Shown here one piece after another: positions 7,123 to 15,825 of a stretch of DNA of 53,107 nt (positions are counted from its first letter, which is position 1; each line of letters opens with the position of its first letter). The notes beneath the pieces were generated by a model. That model made no database searches. It was not told the origin of the DNA and worked only from the letters and a program-made list of their open reading frames with translations. The stretch is from contig JANRLX010000088.1 of assembly GCA_033762115.1 (NCBI GenBank), positions 1 to 53,107 on the forward strand, in the 5' to 3' direction. The DNA comes from Verrucomicrobiota bacterium (GTDB lineage: Bacteria > Verrucomicrobiota > Verrucomicrobiia > Limisphaerales > SXQI01). A program made the position numbers and the translations under genes.

Positions 7123-10100
7123 TACACAAAAAAATTCGCCACCCGCTGATCCGCGGTTTACGGTGGAACCTCCCCACATTCCTGACCACACCCTGCTCAA
7201 ACAGATTGGGCGCGGAAGTTATGGTGAAGTATGGCTTGCCAGGAATATCATGGGTAGCTGGCGTGCCGTAAAAATCGTTTATCGCCAACGTTTCGGTTCT
7301 GAGCGTCCTTATGCGAGGGAACTGGCAGGTATCCGAAGATTCGAGCCTATCTCCCGTTCTCATGAAGGTTTTATAGATATCCTCCACATTGGCCAGAATA
7401 CTGAGCAGCAGTACTTCTATTATGTCATGGAACTTGGTGATGATCAGAGTGGACATGAGGAGTTCGACCCGGATAAATACCTGCCTCGCACGTTGACCCA
7501 GGAACTTTCCACCAAAGGCCGGTTGACCGCGGTGGAAACCTTGAACGTGGGGCTTTCCCTGACCAAGGCGCTAGAGCATTTGCATAACGCAGGGTTGATT
7601 CACAGGGACATCAAACCTTCAAACATTCTCTTTGTTGGCGGTATACCCAGGTTGGCGGACATCGGCCTCGTTGCTGATATCAACGAAACCCAATCCTATG
7701 TCGGCACTGAAGGATTTATTCCCCCGGAGGGGCCTGGTTCTCCCCAGGCGGATTTGTATAGTTTGGGCAAAGTTCTTTACGAAATTTGCACCGGACGTGA
7801 TCGCAATGATTTTCCGGCGCTCCCAGCAGAATTGCACACTTTTCCAGACAGGGGACTCTTTTTGGAACTTAACGAGGTGCTCCTGAGGGCCTGCCATCAA
7901 CTCAAGGATTCACGGTACCAGGATGCCCGTGAAATGCATGCCGAACTTGCATTGATTGAAAATGGTCGTTCTGTCCGTCGACTGCGTGGACTTGAAAAAG
8001 CCATGGCCCGCGTGCGGCGGATCGCAATCATCTCGGCAATCATCCTGATCCTTGGTGGAACTGCCTATTACCAATGGATGTCTATTCGGCAACGCCGTGG
8101 GGAGGCAATCCAGAGGGAAATTGCCGCAAGTATTCAGCGTGGCAGTGAGGCTTTTCGAGAGCATCGCTATTTAGCGGCCCTTCCATATTTTATTCGAGCT
8201 CTGCAATTGGAGTCTACTCCTTCACATGTCGCCACCCACAGAATGCGGGTTAGTGCAGCCCTCGCTCAATCACCGCGACTGACGGAATTCTGGTACGCGA
8301 AGCATCCCGTAGTGATGTCTGCCATTTCCGGGGACGGGAAAGTTCTCGTTTCTGGCACAAAAGGAGGAACGATCCTCGTTACTCGTCCCGGTACCCGTGA
8401 AGAACCGGTTGAAATCAAAGTCTCCAGTAGTGCCCTCTGGGCTGTTGACATTACAGCAGATGGATCGCGCATTGCTTCCTCCACGCAAAATGGGGAGGTC
8501 GCCATTTACAATACCTCCTCCTCGCAGCGTGAAGCATTCTTTCCCCATTCAAGGGCTGTATACGGCGTCCGATTCGACCAGGCGGGAAAAAAAATTGTCA
8601 CTTCCTGTGCCGATCGATTAATTCGCATTTTTGACCTTCAAACAGGACAGGTCGAGAAAATGATCGAGGGTCACACGGACAGCGTGCGTTATGCCGAGTT
8701 CAGTCCGGGAGGGAAGTTGCTTTCAACTGGCGGACAGGATGGGACAGCCAGGATTTGGGATCTCGCCACTGGCAAGCAAATCGGTCCTTCCTTTCCTCAT
8801 CCAAGCTGGGTGTTCAGTGCTTCTTTCAGTCCTGATGAAAAATATCTAGTCAGTGCTTCCTATGAAAACCGTGCCCATGTTTGGGATATTGCCTCGGGGA
8901 AGGAACTCTATGTTCCGCTCATGCACCAGGGGGGCGTCACTGCGGCCCGGTTCAGCCCGGATGGCCGGTTTATTGTGACCGCTTCCTATGATTTCACAGC
9001 CCGTGTCTGGGACGCAAAATCAGGAACGCTTGTCCGCCCCGTTCTTCAACACAGTGGACGCTTGATCCATGCCCATTTCACGCCGAGTGCCCGACAAATT
9101 GTCACCTCCTCGTTCGATGGCACGGTGCGGATTTGGGACTGGGCAGGCGTGGCCTATCCTGAGCGGTTCCTCGCCACGGCGGTGAGTGGTGATGGCTCTC
9201 ATTTTGCGCAATTGACAGATGGTTCCGTTGATATCCGGGATTCGCAGGATAGCAGGTTGATTCAAACGATTACTCCTTCATGGCCGGTACAGGAGGTTGC
9301 TTTCAGCTACTCCGGTAAATCAGCTGCTTTGCTGCTGAAAGGTGAACGCACCTCCGCCATACAATTTCTTCACGGCAGGACAAAAGTTGGAATGACAGAA
9401 CTGCCAGTGCACGCTGATACCGTTGCCTTAAGCCGGGATGGCGCGAAAGCTGCCTGGGCCGCTCAGGAAAAGGTCTTCCTCTGCCAAACCATGGAATCCA
9501 CTTCGCATTCCATCCTGGCGACAGGAGCCACAAACCAAATCTCCAAATTGCAATTTTCGCCGAGTGGCGCTTTTCTTGGGGCCCTTTCAGATCGGGAACT
9601 GCTGCTTTGGAAATTGCCCGACACCAAACTCGCGGCACGCCTGACCCTTCCACGGTCGATCACTGCGGTGAGCTTCAGCCCTGATGAAAAGCTGGTTGCG
9701 CTTTCGATTTCCACTGACGATCTCCTTTCTGAAAGCGCTTTTTTGTGGCGCACTGATACCTGGGAACGCAGGCCATATCAGTTGCAACACCGGGATGGAG
9801 TCAGTGATGTGACGTTTTCACCCAAAGGGAACTTGATCGCTACCAGCAGCGAAGATGAAACCGTGGTTATCTGGAACCCTTTTACTGGTTCTCCTGTCGC
9901 GCCGGTATTGCCTCATGTTGGACAAGTCAATTCAGTTCAATTCCATAGTGCGGGCGATTGGCTGACAACTGCCAGTTTGAATGGATTGCAGATATGGTCT
10001 GTTTCCGGAGAACCCATCAGCGCACCGCTGGTTCCCTGGGCGCGCACCACAAAGGCATGGTTGAGCGAAGACCGCTCGCGTCTTCTTGGACTCTCTCCGA

Positions 10101-10423
10101 GTACCACTCCCCAGACCATTCACCTTTGGCGTTGGACCATTCCGACAAACAGCATTCCCTTGCCGGATCTTGTTCAAATTGCCGAACTCCTTTCCGGGGA
10201 TCAACTGAGTGCTGCCGCTTCTTCCGGGGCACGTGATCCTGCCAGGCTGGAACAAATATGGAAAACCATGTCTGTCCGGTATCCCGGGCTCTTCTCGGTT
10301 TCAAAAACTGAAGCGGTGGCCTGGCACAAGCATCAGGTCGTAAAGGCCGAATGGCCTGTTTATCTCAATAAAACCGTGGCTGAATTCCACCTTGCGCAGG
10401 CGGCTGCAATCTCATCCGAGTAA
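7094..10423 (+). CDS. Membrane Hanks-type Ser/Thr protein kinase with C-terminal WD40 beta-propeller repeats
   Basis: IGRGSYGEV, AVK, HRDIKPSN, LADIG, GTEGFIPPE and DLYSLG motifs. TM segment IAIISAIILILGGTAYY. Many WD repeats (e.g. GHTDSVRYAEFSPGGKLLSTGGQDGTARIWD). Confidence 0.93.
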   Translation: MRPAATTNADTQKNSPPADPRFTVEPPHIPDHTLLKQIGRGSYGEVWLARNIMGSWRAVKIVYRQRFGSERPYARELAGIRRFEPISRSHEGFIDILHIGQNTEQQYFYYVMELGDDQSGHEEFDPDKYLPRTLTQELSTKGRLTAVETLNVGLSLTKALEHLHNAGLIHRDIKPSNILFVGGIPRLADIGLVADINETQSYVGTEGFIPPEGPGSPQADLYSLGKVLYEICTGRDRNDFPALPAELHTFPDRGLFLELNEVLLRACHQLKDSRYQDAREMHAELALIENGRSVRRLRGLEKAMARVRRIAIISAIILILGGTAYYQWMSIRQRRGEAIQREIAASIQRGSEAFREHRYLAALPYFIRALQLESTPSHVATHRMRVSAALAQSPRLTEFWYAKHPVVMSAISGDGKVLVSGTKGGTILVTRPGTREEPVEIKVSSSALWAVDITADGSRIASSTQNGEVAIYNTSSSQREAFFPHSRAVYGVRFDQAGKKIVTSCADRLIRIFDLQTGQVEKMIEGHTDSVRYAEFSPGGKLLSTGGQDGTARIWDLATGKQIGPSFPHPSWVFSASFSPDEKYLVSASYENRAHVWDIASGKELYVPLMHQGGVTAARFSPDGRFIVTASYDFTARVWDAKSGTLVRPVLQHSGRLIHAHFTPSARQIVTSSFDGTVRIWDWAGVAYPERFLATAVSGDGSHFAQLTDGSVDIRDSQDSRLIQTITPSWPVQEVAFSYSGKSAALLLKGERTSAIQFLHGRTKVGMTELPVHADTVALSRDGAKAAWAAQEKVFLCQTMESTSHSILATGATNQISKLQFSPSGAFLGALSDRELLLWKLPDTKLAARLTLPRSITAVSFSPDEKLVALSISTDDLLSESAFLWRTDTWERRPYQLQHRDGVSDVTFSPKGNLIATSSEDETVVIWNPFTGSPVAPVLPHVGQVNSVQFHSAGDWLTTASLNGLQIWSVSGEPISAPLVPWARTTKAWLSEDRSRLLGLSPSTTPQTIHLWRWTIPTNSIPLPDLVQIAELLSGDQLSAAASSGARDPARLEQIWKTMSVRYPGLFSVSKTEAVAWHKHQVVKAEWPVYLNKTVAEFHLAQAAAISSE

Positions 10424-10452
10424 ACTTCTTAAAGATTTTTCAGAATTTTTAT

Positions 10453-10486
10453 TTTTTCTGAAAGAAACCTTTGCTCCCCACCGTAT
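10453..10486 (+). promoter_or_regulatory. Third copy of the candidate ECF promoter
   Basis: TTTTT ct GAAAGAAA cctttgctcccca CCGTAT, with the same 13-nt spacer. Confidence 0.65.
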
Positions 10487-10492
10487 CAAATA

Positions 10493-10596
10493 AGGAAGAG
10501 GCCCATTGGAGTTCGCTCCGGCCCTTAAGATTTTAGCCAAATGCAATAAGAGCGCTTAACTGCTCCGGGCCTCCCGGCTCTGGGCAGTTTTGCTTT
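10493..10596 (+). ncRNA. Candidate small RNA or structured leader downstream of the third ECF-type promoter
   Basis: A GGAG-TTCG-CTCC hairpin (10508-10519) and an imperfect GC-rich hairpin aactgctccgggcc...ggctctgggcagtt followed by a T-rich run. Confidence 0.3.
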
Positions 10597-10638
10597 CCAC
10601 ACATCAAACTTGCCCGCTGATGGCCATCACGTCATCTT

Positions 10639-11199
10639 TTGTCAATGCTTACGCTGCTGGTGGGAACGAATAGGCCGGGGAGCAACACTCGCCGGGTTGC
10701 AACAATCATTGAGGTTATCTATGCCGAAATAAAGGTCCCTCTTAAAACTCTTGATCTGGCGGAGTTGCCACAGGATATTTTCCTGCCTGCTTCCTACGGT
10801 AACAAACCGCCTGCATTCAAACCATTCAACGATGCGATCTTAAATTCAGAAGGGTTGATTGTTGTTACCCCTGAATACAACGGTAGCGTCCCTGGAATTC
10901 TCAAGTATTTCATCGACATGCTAAAATTCCCCGAGAGCTTTGAAAATCGGCCTGTTTGTTTTGTTGGATTGGCTGCCGGGATGTGGGGTGCGCTCAGACC
11001 TGTCGAGCAACTTCAGCAAATTTTTGGTTATCGTAATGGATTCATCTACCCTGAACGCGTGTTCATGCCACAAATCCAGAACCTGCTCGATTCATCCGGC
11101 CAACTGAAAGACCCCGAAATGCGGGAACGCCTCGTCGTGCAGGCGAACGGTTTTGTTTCTTTCGTTGAAAAGTTGAAACAAGTGAAGCTTCGCCATTGA
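10639..11199 (+). CDS. NADPH-dependent FMN reductase (flavodoxin-like)
   Basis: VGTNRPGSNT, VTPEYNGSVPGILKYFID. Start may be ATG 10645. Confidence 0.9.
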   Translation: MSMLTLLVGTNRPGSNTRRVATIIEVIYAEIKVPLKTLDLAELPQDIFLPASYGNKPPAFKPFNDAILNSEGLIVVTPEYNGSVPGILKYFIDMLKFPESFENRPVCFVGLAAGMWGALRPVEQLQQIFGYRNGFIYPERVFMPQIQNLLDSSGQLKDPEMRERLVVQANGFVSFVEKLKQVKLRH

Positions 11200-11201
11200 T
11201 T

Positions 11202-12023
11202 ATGGTTCCCCCCGAACGCCTCGCGGTTTGCAGTTGGTCATTACAACCCGCTTCTCCTGAGGAATTATTCGAATGTATTGGCCACACCGGAATCCGACGT
11301 ATCCAGTTGGCCCTTGATCCCATTCGGGAAAACCCGGCTGTGTGGGGTCGCACGATTGATGAAGCCCGCAGGCGCGGCTTCGAACTGGTTTCCGGAATGT
11401 TTGGAACCATGGGTGAGGACTACACCACGATGGAAAGTATCAAGGCAACAGGCGGAATCGTCCCGGATCACACCTGGCAGGGCAATTGGAAGAATATCCA
11501 GCAGATCGCCCGAATTGCGGCTGATCATGGCATCTCACTCGTAACGTTTCATTCCGGTTTTCTCCCGCATGATGAATCCGATCCTTCGTTTAAGAAAATA
11601 CTCGAAAGAATTGCTCAGATAGCAGACCTGTTCCATGCACATCAGTTGGAGCTTGGTTTCGAGACTGGCCAGGAGGACGCGCCCACCCTCCATGCGTTTT
11701 TGACAAAATTAAACCGGCCAAACGTGGGAGTGAATTTCGACCCTGCCAATATGATTCTCTACGATAAAGGAGATCCTATTGAAGCCTTGAAAATCCTCGC
11801 GCCATTCCTGAAGCAATGTCATGTCAAGGATGCCATCCGCACCAACATTCCGGGCAGTTGGGGCAATGAAGTCCCCGTGGGAAAAGGTGAAGTGGATTGG
11901 AAATCATTTTTTAACACCCTCCAGCAAGTGGGTTTTCAAGGTAACTGCTGCATTGAAAGGGAGGCCGGCAACCAACGCATCGAAGACATCAAAACCGCCC
12001 ATTCCTATCTGGTGAATTTGTAA
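11202..12023 (+). CDS. Sugar-phosphate isomerase/epimerase (xylose isomerase-like TIM barrel)
   Basis: LGFETGQE, VNFDPAN, CHVKD, PVGKGEVDW, IERE. Confidence 0.88.
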   Translation: MVPPERLAVCSWSLQPASPEELFECIGHTGIRRIQLALDPIRENPAVWGRTIDEARRRGFELVSGMFGTMGEDYTTMESIKATGGIVPDHTWQGNWKNIQQIARIAADHGISLVTFHSGFLPHDESDPSFKKILERIAQIADLFHAHQLELGFETGQEDAPTLHAFLTKLNRPNVGVNFDPANMILYDKGDPIEALKILAPFLKQCHVKDAIRTNIPGSWGNEVPVGKGEVDWKSFFNTLQQVGFQGNCCIEREAGNQRIEDIKTAHSYLVNL

Positions 12024-12027
12024 CTCC

Positions 12028-13071
12028 ATGGCCGACAGCGCACCTATCAATATCGGGATTGTGGGACTTGGGTTCATGGCCGCTACTCATCTCAGGGCCT
12101 ATCGGCAGGTGCCGAATGCTCGGGTGGTAGCGCTTTGCAATCCCAGCGGCCGCCATTTGGACGGAGATTTCAGCCAGGTCGCCGGTAACGTCGGGTCAAA
12201 GGACCCGGTGGTCCTCAATATGGCTAAAATCAAAGCTTACCGTCAGTACAGCGATCTTCTTGCGGACCCATCCATCCAGGCTATCGATATTTGCGCTCCC
12301 ACCCACGCGCATGCTGAGCTTTCAATTGCTGCTTTAGCCGCTGGGAAGCATGTTATCTGTGAAAAACCATTGGCTCGCTCTGTCGCAATCGCACGAGAAA
12401 TTGTGACGGAGGTAAAACGAAATGATCTCATTTTCATGCCTGCCATGTGCATGCGGTTCTGGCCAGGATGGGTTGAGCTAAAGGAGGCTATTACGAGTAA
12501 TGGTTACGGCAAATTACTGGGACTGCGCTTTCGAAGGGTGGCGGAGCCTCCTTCCTGGGGACACACTCATTTCCAGGATGGCGCCCGTTCTGGAGGGGCG
12601 CTGTTTGATCTGCACGTGCATGACACTGATTTCATCCAGTTTTGCCTTGGTCGCCCGAAAGCTGTCTTCTCATCCGGTTATACCAAATTCTCCGGTGCCA
12701 TCGACCATGTCGTAACGCAGTATGATTATGGTGAAGGGTTGACGGTTTGGGCCGAAGGCTCGTGGGCACTGGCGAAAGGATTTGGGTTTTCCATGTCCTA
12801 CACTGCAAATTTTGAGCATGCGACTCTGGATTTTGACCTCGCTCGAAACCCAAAATCATTGCGCATTTTTCATCCTCGTCAGGAACCAGGGTTTATTGAA
12901 CCTGATTTGCCAGGAACTGATGGTTATATTGAGGAACTTCGCCATTTTACGGCTCAAGCAGCTACAGGGAAGGCAAGTGCAGTTGTCACTGTCCACGATG
13001 CGCTGGTCACCACTGAGATTTGCGAAGCTGAGGAGCAATCGGTGTTGTCCCGCCAGCCGGTATTCCTATAA
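12028..13071 (+). CDS. Gfo/Idh/MocA-family oxidoreductase
   Basis: IGIVGLGFMA, AGKHVICEKP, GGALFDLHVHD. Confidence 0.92.
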   Translation: MADSAPINIGIVGLGFMAATHLRAYRQVPNARVVALCNPSGRHLDGDFSQVAGNVGSKDPVVLNMAKIKAYRQYSDLLADPSIQAIDICAPTHAHAELSIAALAAGKHVICEKPLARSVAIAREIVTEVKRNDLIFMPAMCMRFWPGWVELKEAITSNGYGKLLGLRFRRVAEPPSWGHTHFQDGARSGGALFDLHVHDTDFIQFCLGRPKAVFSSGYTKFSGAIDHVVTQYDYGEGLTVWAEGSWALAKGFGFSMSYTANFEHATLDFDLARNPKSLRIFHPRQEPGFIEPDLPGTDGYIEELRHFTAQAATGKASAVVTVHDALVTTEICEAEEQSVLSRQPVFL

Positions 13072-13265
13072 AAACATTTTCCTCTTCTCCCGGTATCATC
13101 TGATTTTGCTTAAGGGTTTGTCCTAGTGGGAGGTGGGATTCTGCCCCTCGCGCAGAATCATACTGTCACCTGATTCACTCAGGCTCCGCTTTTCTGTTTA
13201 GTCGCTTTCAGAAGTTTTGAACAAAACTTTGGGGAAAAAACGAACAGCAACGACAGGAAAAACCA

Positions 13266-14360
13266 ATGAAAAAACTAAGACAACTATTCGCACTGGTGGC
13301 AGCACTGGGTACAGCCGCTTTTATGACCGGTTGCGGCGATGACAATGACGATAATAATAACAATAACCAGCCCGCGCCTCAGGTAAGGCAGTTTAACATG
13401 ACTGGCGGAACATTCACTACCTTGACATTAACAGGCGGGGACACGGGTACCTATACTTCCACTCCAGCGGGAGCAGCTTCCAGCGGTACTTACACAACTC
13501 AAGCCGCAGGAAACGATCCTCGTATTCAGACTTTTACGCTCACTCCGACGGGAGGAGGAGCTCCTACAACCATTACGATTACCTACTCGCCTGCTTCAGC
13601 AACTGCCGGTACCTTCCAGGAGCAGGGCGGACCCAGTGGTAACTTCACTCAAACCGTGGGTCAAGGGCCAGCTCCAGACAATAGTGGCAACCCAACCCAA
13701 TTCGCACCAGCTTCCCTGGTGGGACGCACCTACACATTCAATGTCACTGGTGGCGCTGGTTCCTCCGTGGTTACATTTGATGATGGGTCCACCTTCCGGA
13801 TTTCTGAAGTGGGTGGCGGCGCTCCTCGCTCCGGGACCTACTCAGCGACTCTGAGCAGCAATACCTGGACGATTGTGGCCAGCGAAGGCGGGAACAACTC
13901 CACCATTGTGGCAACCTTCACTGCAGATGGATCTGGAACTTATTCGACCACCGGTGCCGTCAATGAAAGCGGGACCTTTGTTGCTGGCGGCACTCAGAAC
14001 CCACCCGGCAACACCAATGGTGGCTCTGGAACGGGTAATGCGCCAGCAAGCCTCAGTGGTACTACATGGATCCTGACAATTCCAGCAGGCGCCAAATATC
14101 CCGGGACCTTCAACGTGGTGTTCACTCCTACCCAGGCAACACTTACCGACACGTCGACTGGTTCTTCGGGTGGTAATCCAAACTACACCTATAATCCGAA
14201 TGGTGATACCGCTACTCTGGTCTTCACCCACACCGGGACAGATAATGACAACTATACGTTGAACTTCAGTTCTGCGAATGCTGCCACCGTGACCGGAACT
14301 CAGACGGATGCCAACGACACCCAGCCGATCCCGGCGGGCGGCACTTTCAACCGTCAATAA
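13266..14360 (+). CDS. Thr/Gly-rich lipoprotein with three repeated small beta domains
   Basis: Signal peptide MKKLRQ... with lipobox MTGC. Repeats begin APASLVGRTYTF / APASLSGTTWIL and end SGNF / SGTF / GGTF. Confidence 0.8.
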   Translation: MKKLRQLFALVAALGTAAFMTGCGDDNDDNNNNNQPAPQVRQFNMTGGTFTTLTLTGGDTGTYTSTPAGAASSGTYTTQAAGNDPRIQTFTLTPTGGGAPTTITITYSPASATAGTFQEQGGPSGNFTQTVGQGPAPDNSGNPTQFAPASLVGRTYTFNVTGGAGSSVVTFDDGSTFRISEVGGGAPRSGTYSATLSSNTWTIVASEGGNNSTIVATFTADGSGTYSTTGAVNESGTFVAGGTQNPPGNTNGGSGTGNAPASLSGTTWILTIPAGAKYPGTFNVVFTPTQATLTDTSTGSSGGNPNYTYNPNGDTATLVFTHTGTDNDNYTLNFSSANAATVTGTQTDANDTQPIPAGGTFNRQ

Positions 14361-14380
14361 TTGCCACAAACATGACTCAC

Positions 14381-14415
14381 AAAGTCTCCCAGGGTTCGCT
14401 CTGGGAGACTTTTTT
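14381..14415 (+). terminator. Rho-independent terminator after the lipoprotein gene
   Basis: AAAGTCTCCCAGGG-TTCG-CTCTGGGAGACTTTTTT. Confidence 0.85.
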
Positions 14416-14442
14416 CTTCGAAATGGATTGATTTCATCGGGA

Positions 14443-15765
14443 ATGAAACAGGGACTTACAGTAGCGCTTCTCTTTCTCCTCCTCGCGGGCTGCGCTTCGC
14501 CCAAAACGAAGGTTGCTGAGACGCAGCAAACCCTCCGTGCCGAATGGAAGACAAATATTTTCCGGCAGCAGGATCTTCCCCTGCGCACGGTGGAATGGAA
14601 TGAGGCCCTTGAGATGATGTTGCAGCATAACCTCAAATTGCGTGGGGCCCGCATGGCCCTGACCAATAGTCAGGAGGAAGTGCGCGCTGTTTTTAAAGAC
14701 CTGATTCCCACTCTCAATCTTCGCTCGGGAATTTCCAAACGCCTCAGCAGCCTGGATACAACGACATTCGACGATGTCACTTTTAGCGCCGACAGCTTTT
14801 TCAGCGTCCCTGGGATCGTCAATTTTGCTGCGCGTCTCTACAGTGCGCGCCTTCTCCACCTCCGTGCCGAAGCGGCTTACAGCCTGACCGAAAGGGAACA
14901 AACCATCCAACTTTACAAACTTTTTATTGGTGTCGAACAATCCAATGAAGAACTCAGGAAATTGCAGCAGCAGAGTGCAACTGCGCGTGCCATGCAGGAG
15001 ATCGACCCTTTCACCAGCAGGCTTCTGCTGACTGAATTGGATATCCGCCGCACCTCTGTCGAAACCAGTGAATCCGCCTTGCAACAGGAAATCGGGGATA
15101 TGCTTGGCAGTCGTGCCTACCGCTGGAATCTTTCGACGAACCAGCTTCCTGATCTCCGCTATCATGAAACTCCGCTCCCGTTGGACGACACCAATCGCGT
15201 GGCCCAATTGCAAATGAAGTTGCTTGCCATTGAGCTGGAGGCCGCCAAGGCCCAGATCAAGGGAATCAAGATGCGGTATTGGCCTGAACTGACAATTTTT
15301 GTATCCAGTCCGCCAATTTTTCAGAAGAGCGGCGGAAATGAACGTTGGTGGGATGCTGCGGATGTCCGCGGGAGCGCTGATCTCTTCTGGAATATCGATA
15401 CCCGCGGCCAGGTCAGTCGATTGCTGCGCCAGACCAAACGAGCGCAGGACTTGCAATTTGAAAAATACCGGATGGAAACCCTTGCCTTGATGGATCGCCT
15501 GATCTTTACACAAAAAATTATCCACACTGTGAATGATCAACTCCAGCGCACCACCCGCCAATTGGCAATACTCGCTGCCGTTCCTCCGCAGCAGGAATAC
15601 TTTGCGTTGCAACGCTACGCCCAGGATTATCGCACGCTCAGCCAGCAACAAATCCGATTGCGTCGCGAGCTTGCGGAATTGAATACACTTTTTTGGTTTA
15701 TTGATGAATCGGCATGGCCTGTCCGGCCGGTGCCCACAGTGGACCAGCTTCTAAACCAATTATAA
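14443..15765 (+). CDS. TolC-like outer-membrane efflux lipoprotein (divergent)
   Basis: Lipobox LLAGC; EALEMMLQHNLKL and DLIPTLNL / RYWPELTI two-repeat OEP pattern; first gene of an MFP/ABC operon. Confidence 0.7.
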   Translation: MKQGLTVALLFLLLAGCASPKTKVAETQQTLRAEWKTNIFRQQDLPLRTVEWNEALEMMLQHNLKLRGARMALTNSQEEVRAVFKDLIPTLNLRSGISKRLSSLDTTTFDDVTFSADSFFSVPGIVNFAARLYSARLLHLRAEAAYSLTEREQTIQLYKLFIGVEQSNEELRKLQQQSATARAMQEIDPFTSRLLLTELDIRRTSVETSESALQQEIGDMLGSRAYRWNLSTNQLPDLRYHETPLPLDDTNRVAQLQMKLLAIELEAAKAQIKGIKMRYWPELTIFVSSPPIFQKSGGNERWWDAADVRGSADLFWNIDTRGQVSRLLRQTKRAQDLQFEKYRMETLALMDRLIFTQKIIHTVNDQLQRTTRQLAILAAVPPQQEYFALQRYAQDYRTLSQQQIRLRRELAELNTLFWFIDESAWPVRPVPTVDQLLNQL

Positions 15766-15825
15766 AAATTAAAAGAAAAGATCATCAATGGCTTGCGAAA
15801 TTTCGCATTGTCCTGATGGGGGGAT

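Noticed and set aside
13072..13265. Riboswitch upstream of the repeat lipoprotein
   Set aside because: There are several short hairpins (GATTCTGC/GCAGAATC, CCTGA/TCAGG, AAGTTTTG/CAAAACTT), but no match to an aptamer consensus I recognise. An Rfam search would settle it.
14434..15651. 405-aa antisense ORF
   Set aside because: It lies entirely opposite the TolC-like gene and has no recognisable motifs; a shadow ORF.
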